Source: Eledone cirrhosa (taxonomy: Eukaryota). Taken from it: a stretch of DNA of 64,000 bases. Each line of letters opens with the position of its first letter. Position 1 is the stretch's first letter. Below the pieces are notes generated by a model. It was not told the DNA's origin and ran no database searches. It saw only the letters and a list, made by a program, of their open reading frames with translations. Location: positions 173,352,001-173,416,000 of the forward strand of contig OZ024742.1 of the NCBI GenBank assembly GCA_964016885.1. Reading direction: 5' to 3'. Both the position numbers and the translations under genes were made by a program. This document shows, piece after piece, positions 10,095-22,914 of the stretch.

Positions 10095-13000
10095 CCTTGA
10101 ATCTCAGTCATTGTTGTTGGTTAACTGGAAAGTCCGTTGGATTGAATATCAAGCCACTACCTGCAGCCTCAGATATTCAGGACGTATCGGAGGGTTCTTG
10201 CTGTTCCAAGCAAGCATGCCTTTTGAAGCGTTCCAAAAAGCGTGAAGGGGCCGATTTTCTTTAACCATCCCTGGAAACCTTTGGAGATAGTCCCCAGTGC
10301 GCCTATGACAATCGGGATCACTTTGACTTCATGGCAGTTCCAAATCCTTTTCACCTCCCACTTTAGGTCCTGGTATCGGTTAATTTTCTCCCTCTCCTTC
10401 TCTTGCACTCTCGTGTCGAACGGGCAGGCCACATCCACAATCAGACACGATCTTTTTTCTTTGTCCACAACCACCAGGTCAGGTCTATTGTGTTCCAGTT
10501 TTTTGTCCGTCTGTATCCTAAAATCCCACAGCACCTTCACCTGATTGTTCTCCATCACCGCCTCTGGCCTATGCTCATACCATTTCTCAGATTGTGGTAA
10601 ATTGTTTACTTTGCACAGGTGCCAGTGGATCACCCTGCCCATCACATCGTGTCTCCAGCCCTTATAGTGGGTCTGGGCTAGGTGTTTACACTCGGACACA
10701 ATGTGAGCCACAGTCTCCTCTCTCTCTCCACAGATCCTGCACAGTGGGCTAGCCTCCTCCGTGTAGATATAGTGCTTCAACCACTTCGTTTTGAGGGCTT
10801 GCTCCTGCGCAGCCATTAGCATTCCTTCTGTAGCCTTTTTGAGGTCTCCTCTTCTCAACCAATTCCATGTCTGTGGATCTCTAAATTCAGTTTTCTCAAA
10901 GAAGGTTCTATGAAGGGATTTTCCCTTAAGGCTGCTCTTCCTCCTTGATGTTATTTCCTCCTTGGACATCCCCTGGCCTACTGTCCCCTCCTTCAGTACA
11001 GTTCTGAGCATTGGCTCCTTACTATAGGTCACGTATTTGTATAGGTTGTTTTTCTCCATCTGAACACAGTCCTCTATGCTGATAAGACCTCTTCCACCCT
11101 CAGATCTCCTTAGGTAGAGTCTATCGACATCACTCCTCTTGTGGAACATGTTGTAGATAGTCAATAGCTTCCTAGTCTTCCTATCCATTTCTTTTTGTTC
11201 AGCAACATTCCATCTCAGAATTCCCGCACTGTACCTAATAATAGACACAGCTCGGGAATTTACTGCGCTTATGGCATTTCTGCTGTTCAGATGTGACTTC
11301 AATACTTCCTTACTCTCCGAATGTATTCAGTTCTTAACAATTCCTTCATTGTTTTGTTCTTTATGCCATCAGCCTCCAGAACTCCCAAATACTTGTATCC
11401 TTCCTCAGAGTCAATTTCCTTTATCATCTCACCTGTTGGTATCTGGATCCCGTTACTTCTGCTCAACCTACCCCTCTTCATCACAATGACTCCACATTTA
11501 CCAATACCAAACTGCATACATATATCACTGCTGAAAATACGGACAGTGTCAACAAGCACATCCAACTCCTTCTCACTTTTCCCGAAGAGCTTAAGATCGT
11601 CCATGAAGAGGAGGTGATTGATGGTAAGCTCTCCCCTTCCCAACTTGTATCCTGTTCTCACTTTTCGCAGCATAATGGTCAAGGGCATCAGGGCAAGGAC
11701 AAACAACAGAGGGGACAGGCTATCTCCCTGGAAGATACCTCTCTTGATCTTCACGCTTCCCAAGGATACTCCAGTTGATGTCAACTCTGTCTCCCAGGAC
11801 CCCATACTCCTGCCTAGCAACTGTCTGATGTTATCTGCCACCCTGAAGATCTCCAGGCTTTTGGTGATCCAGGAATGAGGCACCATGTCAAATGCCTTTC
11901 TGTAGTCTATCCCTCCCATGGCAAGATCAGTGTGTCTCCTCCTGCAATTCCCCATTACCATCTTATCAATAAGTAACTGGTCCTTTGTACCACGTGACTT
12001 CTTTCGGCATCCTTTCTGTTCGTCCGCTAACAAGTTGTTTGTGTGGAGGTGATGGTAGATTTCCTCAGACACAATGCTCGTCAACAGTTTCCACATTACG
12101 GACAGACATGTGATAGGTCTATAGTTGGTAACATCATTACCCTTGATTCGGTCTTTCATTATCAGAACTGTGGTACCTTTTGTCAACCACTCTGGCACCT
12201 CACCCGACACCAAGCAGTCATTGAACATGGCCGACAGCTTCGGGTGGAGGGATGTTAAATGTTTAATCCAATACCCCTGCACACCATCTGGGCCTGGTGA
12301 TTTCCAGTTGGTTAGTTTTTTGGCCTGCCCCTTAAGAGTTTCAACTGTGATACTCAAATCAGTTTGTTGTTGTGCCTGCTCACCGATCTCCCTCTGTACT
12401 GTCTCAATCCACCCTGCCCGGGCATTGTGTCTAACATCCTGCTCCCATATTCCTCTCCAGAATGTTTTAGTTTGCTCCGCCCCAGGGATCAAGTCGTTGC
12501 CTCTTTCTTTCCCCTCAAGCTGTCCAAACAGCATCTTCTGGTTGTTGTCGAACATGCGGTTCAGTTTATACTGACTGACTCTGTTCTCGTATCGCCTGAT
12601 TTTTGCACTCTTTGCTACAATGCGTTGCTTCAGTTTCTCTATGATAATATTTAGCTTTTTCCTCCTAGTTTTGTATTTTATTTCCAGTCTATTTTTAGTG
12701 CCTATGTTTTTTAGTGTCCCATTCAGTAGTGACTAAAGCTTTCCTATGTCATTTCTCATTTCCCCGATTTGCCCACTCAGTGGTTTCTTCCACCACGGCT
12801 CTGCTCTTTCTTGTCTGTTGTTTCCTCTCGCTTTTATACCAAGTAGTTTCCTCACCGTATTTGCTGTTGCTTTGAGGATATTGTTGCACTGGTGAAGGCT
12901 CCTCGCCTCAAGGTATGGGATGACTTTGTTTACCTTAGCTGTTGTTTCTTTTAACTTTTTCCTGTCTACAAATCTTAGGTTCATAGGTCTCCCACTATCA

Positions 13001-13882
13001 TTGTTCAATTCATCTACCACTAAATTTAAGATGTCAACCGAATCTTGTCCTAGCCCGTCAGCTTTCATCTCCTCAGTAGCCGTATCTCTGTTCCAGGTAT
13101 TATTTATCTCAGTATTCAGATCATTGTCTGCTTCGGGTGGTTCCTCCGTTCTCAGGACCTCTTCACCTTCATTTCCCACTGGCTCGCTTGTCTGACATAC
13201 TACACCCGCCATCTCCAAGCCATTCTCTCTGCTCAGTTCCTCCAGTTCCAGCTCGCTTATCCATCCATTAGTTCTTATTACCCGAGCCTGCCCGGCCAAT
13301 TTGTGTTCATCTAATTTAAATAAACCAATCTCGTTCCAGATGTTATGCATCCGTCTCCTGTAGCCGCTCTCCTTGGGGTTACTTTTCAGGTAACATTGCA
13401 TAACAGTTCTATTCAATTCTTTCGTCCAGTTGGTTCTGGCCCCTTTCCTTCTTCTCCTTCCTCCAACATCAGCAGTATTTGTTTGACAGTCAGGTTCCTG
13501 CTGCTGAGCCAGGGGGCACCTGTTGGGTGAGAGTCTGTCACATGACGTTCTAGTCTCCATTTCACCGTTATTCGAACTGTTTATGTTCGATATTTAAACA
13601 CTCTTATCGAGGATTGGCGAATGTATGGTTACATATCCATCTGTGGATCCGCCATTCCACTTGGCCCTTGTGTGGCATTATCACCACGCTGTATACGAAC
13701 ACACGTAAACAAACAAACACACAGGCAGAAAGGGCCCCAAAAATGAATAAGCATAAGTTTCATTGTAACGTAGTGTTCGAATGTCTGACTTAGTTTTTGT
13801 TTTTTAAGTTTTAGTTTCCCCCCCCCTCTTCTCTGTCCGTCCGCCTGCTTCTCTCTTCATTCTTATTTTCTTTACGTTTTGG

Positions 13883-13918
<36 letters not shown>

Positions 13919-14620
13919 TTTTTCTCTGTTTGTTTTTCTCGTTTTTTGCTGTTATTGCTGTGTTGCTTTGGTTTTGTTGTTTGTTTTTTCTTTTTTCTTT
14001 TGAGTCTATCTATATATTTTGATGCCTTCCTCTTTTTTTAGCAGTAGGGATACTATAATGTGGTGGCAGCAGCCACCTGAAAGAAGTGGGAGACTGGCGG
14101 CGGCAGCGATACTGAGACAGTGGTGGTGGTGATGTCGATACCGATGCAGTGGTGGTGGTGATGTGGCCGTATTACTGTAGTGATGGTGCTGTAGCGGTGG
14201 TAGCAGTGAAGGAGTGAAGGGGTGGTGGCGGCGGTGATGGGATAATGGTTGTAATGATGGCCGTAGTGAGCGGTGGTGGTTTAGTGTACACAGGTGATAG
14301 GGTGGGCGGTGTATCTAGTTTCTGGTGTTGGTGAGTTTGGCTTTTCTATATAGTGTAGACAGAGGAGGGGGGGGTTCTTCTTCCATTTATAGCCATTTTC
14401 TTTTTTGGATATACAGTGTACAATACAAAGTTGAATATTTGAATATTTGAGCCTTATAACAATATATTTTGGGTCCGAATTTTTTGGGGCTCAAGCCGGG
14501 TGCTTTACGTAGCATTTGTACTAAGAGTTGTTATTTCACAAATGATTTAAATATGTTAAAAATTCAAAACTTACGGGAGCGATTTCATGACCTCCGTCAC
14601 CTCGTGCGTCTTCTTCCCTA
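10095..14620 (-). mobile_element. R4/Dong-like retrotransposon, copy 2 (full length, about 1.06 kb 5' UTR, ORF disrupted)
   Basis: Near-identical to copy 1 over the ORF and 3' UTR; extends to 14620 where (TAT)n resumes. Confidence 0.9.
10169..13560 (-). pseudogene. Disrupted RT-RLE ORF of copy 2
   Basis: GAG->TAG stop at 12733-12735 and a 1-nt deletion near 11306 (aatacttcc vs aatacgctcc in copy 1) split it into 275, 418 and 377 aa ORFs. Confidence 0.9.

Positions 14621-14662
<42 letters not shown>
14621..14662. repeat. (ATT)n microsatellite
   Basis: Perfect ATT repeats. Confidence 0.95.
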
Positions 14663-14664
<2 letters not shown>

Positions 14665-14674
14665 AATAATAAAC

Positions 14675-14774
14675 ATATTTACACGCACAAAACCGACATC
14701 GTACATTCCTGTACCGTCCTGTGCCGTCTGTAATGTTTTTCTTGATGTCAGCCCTTGTGGCCAATAAAGAAATC
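14675..14774 (+). mobile_element. Severely 5'-truncated Tx1-like element (3' UTR only)
   Basis: Aligns with 6408-6504: tttacacgca, tgtaccgtcctg, taatgt, cccttgtgg, aataaagaaatc, followed by (ATT)n. Confidence 0.85.
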
Positions 14775-14790
14775 ATTATTGTTATTATTA

Positions 14791-14856
<66 letters not shown>
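14775..14856. repeat. (ATT)n microsatellite
   Basis: About 27 ATT units with few variants. Confidence 0.95.
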
Positions 14857-14857
<1 letters not shown>

Positions 14858-17800
14858 AGTTGCATTTATCTTGCTTTATGTTCATACGAGTTATCACCAA
14901 GTCACAACCAGTGACCTCAAGAGACAACAAGGTCCGCCATGTTCAAGAAAGAACATACATACTCACACATGCATCTTTAGTGTTTAGACTTGTGATGTAC
15001 CTATATTGACAGAATCTTCCTTAGTATATGGGCAGTTCCCATTAGTACTATCTTTTGTATTTCTCCTATACGCGGGTTTCCTGGGATTTGCGATAAGTAA
15101 TCATTAGACCCCTTAGGTATCATTCCCAGAGCGCCTACAACCGCTGGTATTGTTTTAGTTCTCAATTTCCACATTTTTCCAATTTCTATCTCCAGGTCCT
15201 TATACTTGCTCAATTTTTCAAATGTTTTTATAGATACATTCTTGTCTATTGGAACAGACATATCAATTAGCAGGCATACCCTCTTTTTAAAGTCCTTCAA
15301 TATTATATCAGGTCTATTTGCATTTATTTTTCGGTCTGTTTGGATGCTAAAGTTCCACAAGATTGAGATGTGATCTTTTTCAAGTATGGAAGGTGTTTGA
15401 TGCTCCCACCAATTCTTTTGATGGGGCAGGTCAAAATGCTTACACATTATCCAATGTATGTATTGTGCAGCTCTGTCATGCCTGTTTAGGTATTCGGTTG
15501 GAGCTATAGGATTGCACATTGAAATTATATGGTCAATGGTCTCTGGTTGTTTTTTGCATTCACGGCATAATGCGCTGCATCCATTTTTTATTATGTTGGC
15601 TTGGTAATATTTTGTTGGCAGACACTGATCTTGTGCTGATATAATCAGTCCTTCAATCTCCGATTTCAGTCCAGAGGATGCCAACCACTGATGGGTTGAA
15701 GTTTTGTCAACATCAGGATTGTTAGCTCGCTCTGGGTATTTTCCACACAGAGGCTTTTCTTGCCATTTCTTAACCAGTTTCTGTAGCAGTTCTTTCTTTG
15801 CAGTTACTTTTACCTGCTTTGCTTTTTCTGTGTTTTCCATTTCAGCAGTAAATGGGACTTCTGAAATTTGTAGTCCATTATTGTATCTTTGTGCATCTTT
15901 TGTAATGGAATATGATCTTTTGATGCTTTCGTGTTTCAAAACGAGTTTGATCATCCAATCATGTGATTCCCTTAGATATGTAGATAATCCAATTGTTGCA
16001 GTTTTCAACGCAATGTCTAACTGGATTAACCCACGTCCTCCTTCTTTCCTAGGGAGATATATTCTATCTATATCTGCCTTAGGGTGATGCATTCTGTGCA
16101 TGGTTAAGAATTTTCGAATTTTTGTATCGAGCCTACCGATCTCTGTGCTTGACCAGTTGATGACATTGTAACTGTAGGTTACTACTGGTATGGCAAGCGT
16201 GTTTATGGCATCGATCCTATTCCTTGCATTCAATTCCGTTCTTAAGATTGCTCTTAGTCTGCGGTAACATTCCTTCCTTATCCTTTCCCTCATTGTCGAG
16301 TACTTGATTCCGTCTCCTTCACAAACACCTAGATATTTGTAAGTTGTTTCTTGATCAAGTTCTCTTATCACGTTCCCCCGATCAAGATTAATGTCTGAAC
16401 TCTTCAGCAGCTTTCTTCTGGTGAACGTTGCTTTGGCGCATTTATCTAGTCCAAACTCTATTTTAATGCTATCACTGAACTGCTCCAGAGTGGATAATAG
16501 CCCTTGCAATTGTTCATCATTTTTTGCAAATAGTTTCAGATCATCCATGTAGAACAAGTGATTAATGGTTTTGTCATAGACTTTATATCCATGTTTTGTT
16601 TCATTGAGCATTTTACTTAATGGTATAAGTGCGATGCAGAATAAAAGCGGTGATAAAGAGTCACCCTGAACAATTCCACAATTAATATTAACTTCTCCAG
16701 CTTCCAGTGATTTTTTTCCACTATTCAAAAGGAGTGTCGTTTTCCATGTCTTCATACTGAATGACAAAAACCTCCTGACAACGGGGGATATTTTGAAAAT
16801 CTCTAAACATTTTTCAATCCAACTGTGTGGCAAACTATCGAATGCTTTTTTATAATCTATCCAAGCAATCGATAGATTTTTGTGTCTATTATGACAATCT
16901 TCCAGTATCATTTTGTTAACCAGAAGCTGATCCTTACAGCCATATGAGCCTCGTTTACACCCCTTCTGCTCAATGGGAAATAGGTCATTTGTTATCAGGT
17001 GGTCATATGTGTATTCAGTTAGGACTGATGTTAAAATGTTATACATTGTGGTCAAGCAAGTTATCGGTCTGTAATTTTGGGGATTGTTTGTCTCATGATA
17101 CTTCGGAAGCAGGAATGTAATGCTGTTAAATAGCCATGATGGTATCTTTTCTGGCTCCTTAACTATTTCATTGTAAAGTTGGGCTAACAGCTCATGAGAC
17201 TCTGTGAAGGCATTTATCCTAAAGTTTTGTATTTTGTCTTTTCCTGGGGATTTCCATTTGCTGGTTTTTCTTAGAGCCAAGCGCAACTGTTCAACTGTTA
17301 TGTTTTACCATATTTGTTCCTCAAGGTGAGCTGTATCTTTCATTTGTCTGTCTATCCATGGGCATGTATGTTATGAACCTTTTCTCCGGCCCAGATCTTT
17401 TCCCAGAATTCTTGCACTTCCTCCTTGGGTGGTATTGATTTAGCAGTTATTGTTGACTTACCAAGTTTTCTGTAGAAGTTTCTTTGGTTGTTTTTGAACA
17501 TATTATTGTCCTTATAGAATCTAGATCGTTTTTCAAAGCGCCTTATACGAGCAGCTTTGGCCGACACTTTTTGCTTGATTATTTCTATCAGCATGTCTAT
17601 GTCACATGTTGATTTTATACTGTACTTTTTTTTCAATTTTTTCAATTTAGTTTGTTTAACATGTTCACGTACTTTATAGTTTGTTAAAATTTATATGTCA
17701 GATCGGAGAAGGTTTATTTGGCGATTGATGTTCTCTTGCCAATTAGATTTCTTATGGGAATTCCTTTGTTTTCTCATCTTCACTCTACATAAGTGAGTGG

Positions 17801-18815
17801 TGACTTTAGCCGATGCATAACAGAGATGATTTAAATCAGTAATGCTTAGTTTGTTTGTGATGATAATGTGTTTGAGAATTATGTTAGTCTTGTGTATTAT
17901 CTTTTGGTTCTGTTTGGAGTTCTGGATCTTAGGGAGGGTGTCTGGTTGCCCCATGTCAGATTCTTTCATTTTCATCCATTCGATCATAATTTCATCCTTC
18001 AAGTTGGCAAGTTCATTCTCATTCATTTCTTTATCATTTACGATCTCATTATTTTCATTTGGAGTTTCATCTTGAGCATGCACTCCCTCCACTTTTTCGA
18101 TCCTTTCTTTAATTTGTTCTGTTGCCAGTGATTCCGTCCCAACCCTGGGATTCGAAGTGTTACAATTTACCTCGTTTTCACTGACACGTGTTTCATTTTC
18201 CCTTCGCTGACTTTGTGCTAATAGCTTGATCTGATCAATTTCTATATCAGTTAGTAACTTTTTTCTTACAATATTTCTTCGTATATTGGCTAGTTTGTTA
18301 CTGTCAATATAGCCTCTGTTTTCGGGATGTTTCTTTTTCCAGTTAATATATGTCTGTTCTGTATTCGATGTATTTGATGGGTAGTACATGGCAGTGTAGA
18401 AAGCCTCAAGGACTTCTTTATTATCTTCCCTTGACCATTTTTCTCTCTTTTTCTTTGGATTTCTTGGTGGTGAGCATGGAGGGCCAACAGTAGGAGTATT
18501 CCGGTTATGGGAGGTCTCCAGCTCCGAAGTGATGGGAAGGTTAGAACCATTAGCTGATTTTTCGACCCCAGTCTGGTTCCTCTCTGAGGGACGCGGCCCT
18601 TTTTTACCCGGGTGACGGCAGATCCGGTATGAGATTTTATCATTAGACATTTACTTTATTTTGTCGCGTGTTATCCTTATCCGCCAAGGGGTTATCATTT
18701 CGTGTTACCACTTCTAGAACGAGTGTCAACCAAGACTAGCGGGGTCGTTCTCCCCTAGAGACACGGCTATTCCCCGCCGGCCGCCATCCCGGTATTTCTT
18801 GGTCACGGGGTTTTA
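14857..18815 (-). mobile_element. Divergent R4/Dong-like retrotransposon, copy 3 (decayed; 5' boundary uncertain, may reach about 19545)
   Basis: Same domain order as copies 1 and 2; 3' UTR abuts (ATT)n; 19482-19545 resembles the copy-2 5' UTR at 14308-14360. Confidence 0.85.
15001..18650 (-). pseudogene. Frameshifted RT-RLE ORF of copy 3
   Basis: 319 + 97 + 761 aa pieces: WSREDNKEVLEAFY, WKSPGKD, DYKKAFD, QGDSLSP, YMDDLK, CRECKKQPETIDHIISMC, RHD, RPDIILKD. Confidence 0.9.
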
Positions 18816-18890
18816 TTTATTTATTTTTTATTGTTATTATCATGAGTGGTTCCTTAATGTGAGCATTGCGTGGCTTAAGAATGAAATTAT

Positions 18891-18942
18891 TAATAATTGT
18901 CTCCACTCCAGGCACAAGGCCAGCAATCACCCAGTGCATTAC
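18891..18942 (-). mobile_element. 3' tail fragment of the tRNA-derived SINE
   Basis: taataattgtctccactccaggcacaaggccagcaatcacccagtgcattac matches the SINE tail at 23500-23551. Confidence 0.75.
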
Positions 18943-20068
18943 AATAATATAATATACTTTTTGCTGAAGTTGCCTGTTATTGTTGTTGGCTATGTCGGTG
19001 GTGGTGCCGGGGCTTTTTATATTGTTGGTGAGGAAGGGGTGAGCCAGCAGTCCCATAGTTGTTGATGTTGACGTTTGGCCGGTGGCCAGGTCACTAAGTG
19101 AATCTATTTATATCTTTTGCTAGCCTCTCCCTTGTCTAGTGATACCGCCACCTTCCCCTTTCTCTCTCAAGTTAACAGGGGAATAGTGGTGGTAGCAATG
19201 AAGGAGTGGTGGCGGCGGTGATGGGATAGTGGAAGCAATGATGGATGGAGTGGTGGCGGCGGTGGCGTTGTCGTTACTGAGTTTTGTGATATGTAGTATA
19301 TGAGTTTGTGTTCGTATGTTTTATATATATTGTGTTGACATATTCCCGTAAAATTGGAATTAAACATTTTTTTAAAACTTGAGACAATAATAATAGTAAT
19401 TATTATTATGATGCTGGGATTGGTGGTGGTGGTGGTGAAATTGCCGTTATCTGGCTGTTATATTTAGTGTGTTGGGGTAGGTGGTGTATCAAGTTTCTGG
19501 TGTTGGTGAAATTGCTGTTATTTGGCTGTTCTATATAGTGTTGACGATAGCTAATACGCTTGAAACTAGTACAGCGTTCCTTTGTCAGTGTTGAACTAAC
19601 GAGCAACGACGGTTGCTCGACACTACGGCTTGATACGGGATGTTTGTTTACAAACACACCGAGCATTATAATAAATGTTCGGTGAATCCATACTTACATT
19701 TATATATATATGTGTGCATGTATGTATATATATATACATACTACTGTACGTCTGTTACAAATATGTATGTACGTCTACATACTTATATTTAAGTAACAGT
19801 CGTACTAAGAGTGGGAAATTAAATTTCGTTTGTTTTTTCCCGTTTATATATATATATAAACCTAGCGTGGAAGTTGTTTGTTATATGTGATGTATATTGT
19901 ATGCTATACGTTATGCGTTATGTGTTACATTCGATGTCCACGTTATGGTCCAGGTCAGTCAAAATCTTTTCCTGAGTTCAGTTTTTTTCGTTGCTATGGC
20001 AATGCGGCTGACTGTCGGTCGCTATATTTGACTTGCAAAGCTCTCTAAACGTATTGTTATGACTCTGG

Positions 20069-20520
20069 GGTATTATTCTCCATCGAGTGCTACGCTGTAT
20101 TCCGAATCTGCATTTGTTAGCTTAGCCGCAGCCAAACGCTTCGTTAATGCGGTACTAACATTTGTATTTTTAACTCCTAGAATTTGTATTTTTAACTCCT
20201 AGAATTAACGATTAACTGATTAATATAATTAGACAATTCTATTGATTGATTAATTGTTTATGTTTGTTTGATAATTTCTGGTTGAGTGCTTAATTCGGTT
20301 TGTCTAAGGGAATTTCATTCCTTTGTCCCAAATTTCGAATTGACCGCCAAAACGGGGGTTACTTACCTTTGAGAAAACCACGTGTCTATAGCGAAAGTTA
20401 CTGCTAGAAAACACACCCGCCGGTATTATTCTCCATCATGTGCTAAGCTGCATTCCGAATCTACATTCGTTAGCTTAGCCGCAGCCAAAAGCTTCGTTAA
20501 TGTTGTACTAAAATTTGTAT
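20069..20520. repeat. Diverged ~99 bp direct repeat (20069-20167 and 20422-20520)
   Basis: ggtattattctccatc...ttccgaatct...gttagcttagccgcagccaaa.gcttcgttaatg..gtactaa.atttgtat in both copies. Confidence 0.85.
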
Positions 20521-20527
20521 ATATATA

Positions 20528-21091
20528 CAGTAATACTCCGCTCTATCGCTGCTCACTTTTTGGAGCCCACGACGCTGCAGGATTTTCGTTAGAACATATC
20601 TATGTTCTTATCGCGGTACATATGTCTAAAGAAAAAGTGTTTAAAATTTAAACTTATTAAATAGGTTTCGATGTGATTGAAGTGTATATCGTAAGGAAGG
20701 TGCATCTTAAAGCTTTAACTATTAAAACATGCTTATATTTTTCATTCCATTACTGTTTTACTGATTGTGTTTCTCTCTAATCCGCAACAAACGCTTGATA
20801 GATTGACGGGAGGTGTGCAGTGTATTTCCAAATGGCTACCATAGCAGGTAATGGTATCTAGTGGTACGATGGTTGGTGGTTGTTTCTATACGATCGGTAC
20901 TTGCTGCTTTTGGTGTTTAAATACAAAAGTGTGTTTTAATGAGTTTATATGTACTTAAAGAATGTATGAGAGGTACTTTAAGGCTTAAACTATCAAACAA
21001 CCGTTGTTATTAGGGTCTCTCTATATCGCGGGTTTTCATTCATCACGGTTAGTTCTGGAACGTATCCCATGCGATAAACGGTGGAGTACTG
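20528..21091. mobile_element. Tigger/pogo-like non-autonomous DNA transposon (MITE)
   Basis: Imperfect TIRs cagtaatactccgctctatcgc / gcgataaacggtggagtactg, each flanked by TA. Confidence 0.7.
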
Positions 21092-22229
21092 TATATACTT
21101 TAAGATCCTGCAGTTTGGTGCTGTTGTTGTTGTTGTTCTGGTGGTGGTGGTGGTGGTGGTGGTGGTAGTAGTGATGGGACGGGTGACATAATATTTCATA
21201 ATCTGGCTATGTATTTGTATAGTGTACTACATAATTAAAATGATACTGGCTGTAAAGTTTAACATTTCCCTCCAGTACCGGAAGTAAAACAGCAAACTTA
21301 CACTGGACGTGTCACCGATCCGTTACATCCACATTTCAGAATGTTATTCGACTTGTACGGCTTTTATATATCGATATGCACACCAAACTACAAATGAATC
21401 CTTAGTATGATAAGATTTTGATTGTAAAAATTTACATAAGAAATCAATGTGATCTGTAATACTTGAATTAAGATGTTACATGTTGCCTAAAGGCAAATAC
21501 ACTATTGTGTCAACTTATTTTTAAAATCGATAGATCTCAATGATTATTTATCAATAAAATATTAATGTAGGACAACATTTACTGCTGTTGGGCTCTGAAT
21601 TCACAATTCCTCGTTTCTACTGAAATTGTCATTACCACAGTAGAAATGTCCTCCAATCTTTCCTGTATTGTGTACAGCATTTGACAGAGTATTACTATAT
21701 GGTAACCTAAATAGTTATTTATTTTCCTACTGGCATTCTTTATACCATACAAAAACGTGTTTTTCATACAAATGAGATAAAACATATTCCCCCCATTTCT
21801 TTTTATTTCCATGAATAAAATTAAATCATTAAATTAAGCAAGAACATTTCAATTGATTTTCATTTCTAATTAAAAACGACAGGAAAGTAATTAACTTTAT
21901 CGACTGAAATTTAGTATTCTAGGCAACAACCACCCTGTGTAATCAAGGATAGCATGAAATGATAAGTAGTTTTATTTTTAGGGATTAGTAAGAAGAAAGC
22001 TTTAGAACAGAAGATATACGAATTGCGATATTTTCCCTATTTTGACGTTTAAGTGTTAAAACTGATTCTGACATAATGGTTCAGATTTGCATCGAAATTT
22101 AAAAACATCAAAGCTCAGTGCAGGTTAGGTTCAGGACTTCAGATACAAGGAAGAAGGACTAAATATTTTCAGGAACTATTCATGCTGTATTGTTTGATAG
22201 GATCTTACATCTCATTACATAATATAGAT

Positions 22230-22560
22230 AATGGATTTTCCATCAGTTCCGACGATGGAAATTCAGTTCTTTTTCCACCTTAACGTATAACTCGTGAATG
22301 AAGGCGCAAACGCTTGAGTATCCTATAGATAGGTGTAATCATGACATAAATTCTAAACCGAATCAGCATGACATAGTGTGTGATATGTTTGACCTTATCA
22401 ATTACAGTTATAATATATTGGACGGGCTTCCATAAAGTTACAGGTTACCCAATTTTTCTTTCAAGCATTGTTTTAAGCAGGGATTACGGTAAAGCACTTG
22501 CTCAATATGCGAAATATTAGGCTCAGTCCCTGGAACGCATATTTGTGAAGTGAATTTCTC
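22230..22560 (-). mobile_element. Old dispersed SINE-like repeat, second family
   Basis: Loose similarity to 28380-28740 and 47060-47470 (gacgat.., aattaacgt, attacag, cacttgc); the 47 kb copy has a reverse B-box gggatcgaacccgg. Confidence 0.45.
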
Positions 22561-22914
22561 ATTCATTCAACTATGCTGACGTCCATCTGATATATAATAA
22601 ACGAATAGCTTACATTCTAACATGAATCATGCTTATATGTTCGGTTTCCCTTTAACCAAAGATTTATTGTTAGTTGAGTGTTGCATTACGTGACATCATG
22701 TGGCAATTTGTTCTTTAAATATTTTGAAATGTGACGTAAGTTATAAAGCGATACTTTATTTCATTAAGGTAAAAACCTGATATTAAACGATTTTGAATTA
22801 TAATTATCGGATAGCAAATACTGTCATGTAATTTCTCATCGTTGTTAGAGAAGTGAAAACAAGACACATCATCCTTAATAACGGTTTCTACTATAGGAAC
22901 GAGACCATACATTT

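Noticed and set aside
796-13530. Many antisense and overlapping ORFs within the retrotransposons
   Set aside because: Shadow frames of long coding sequence and low-complexity tracts; no recognisable motifs.
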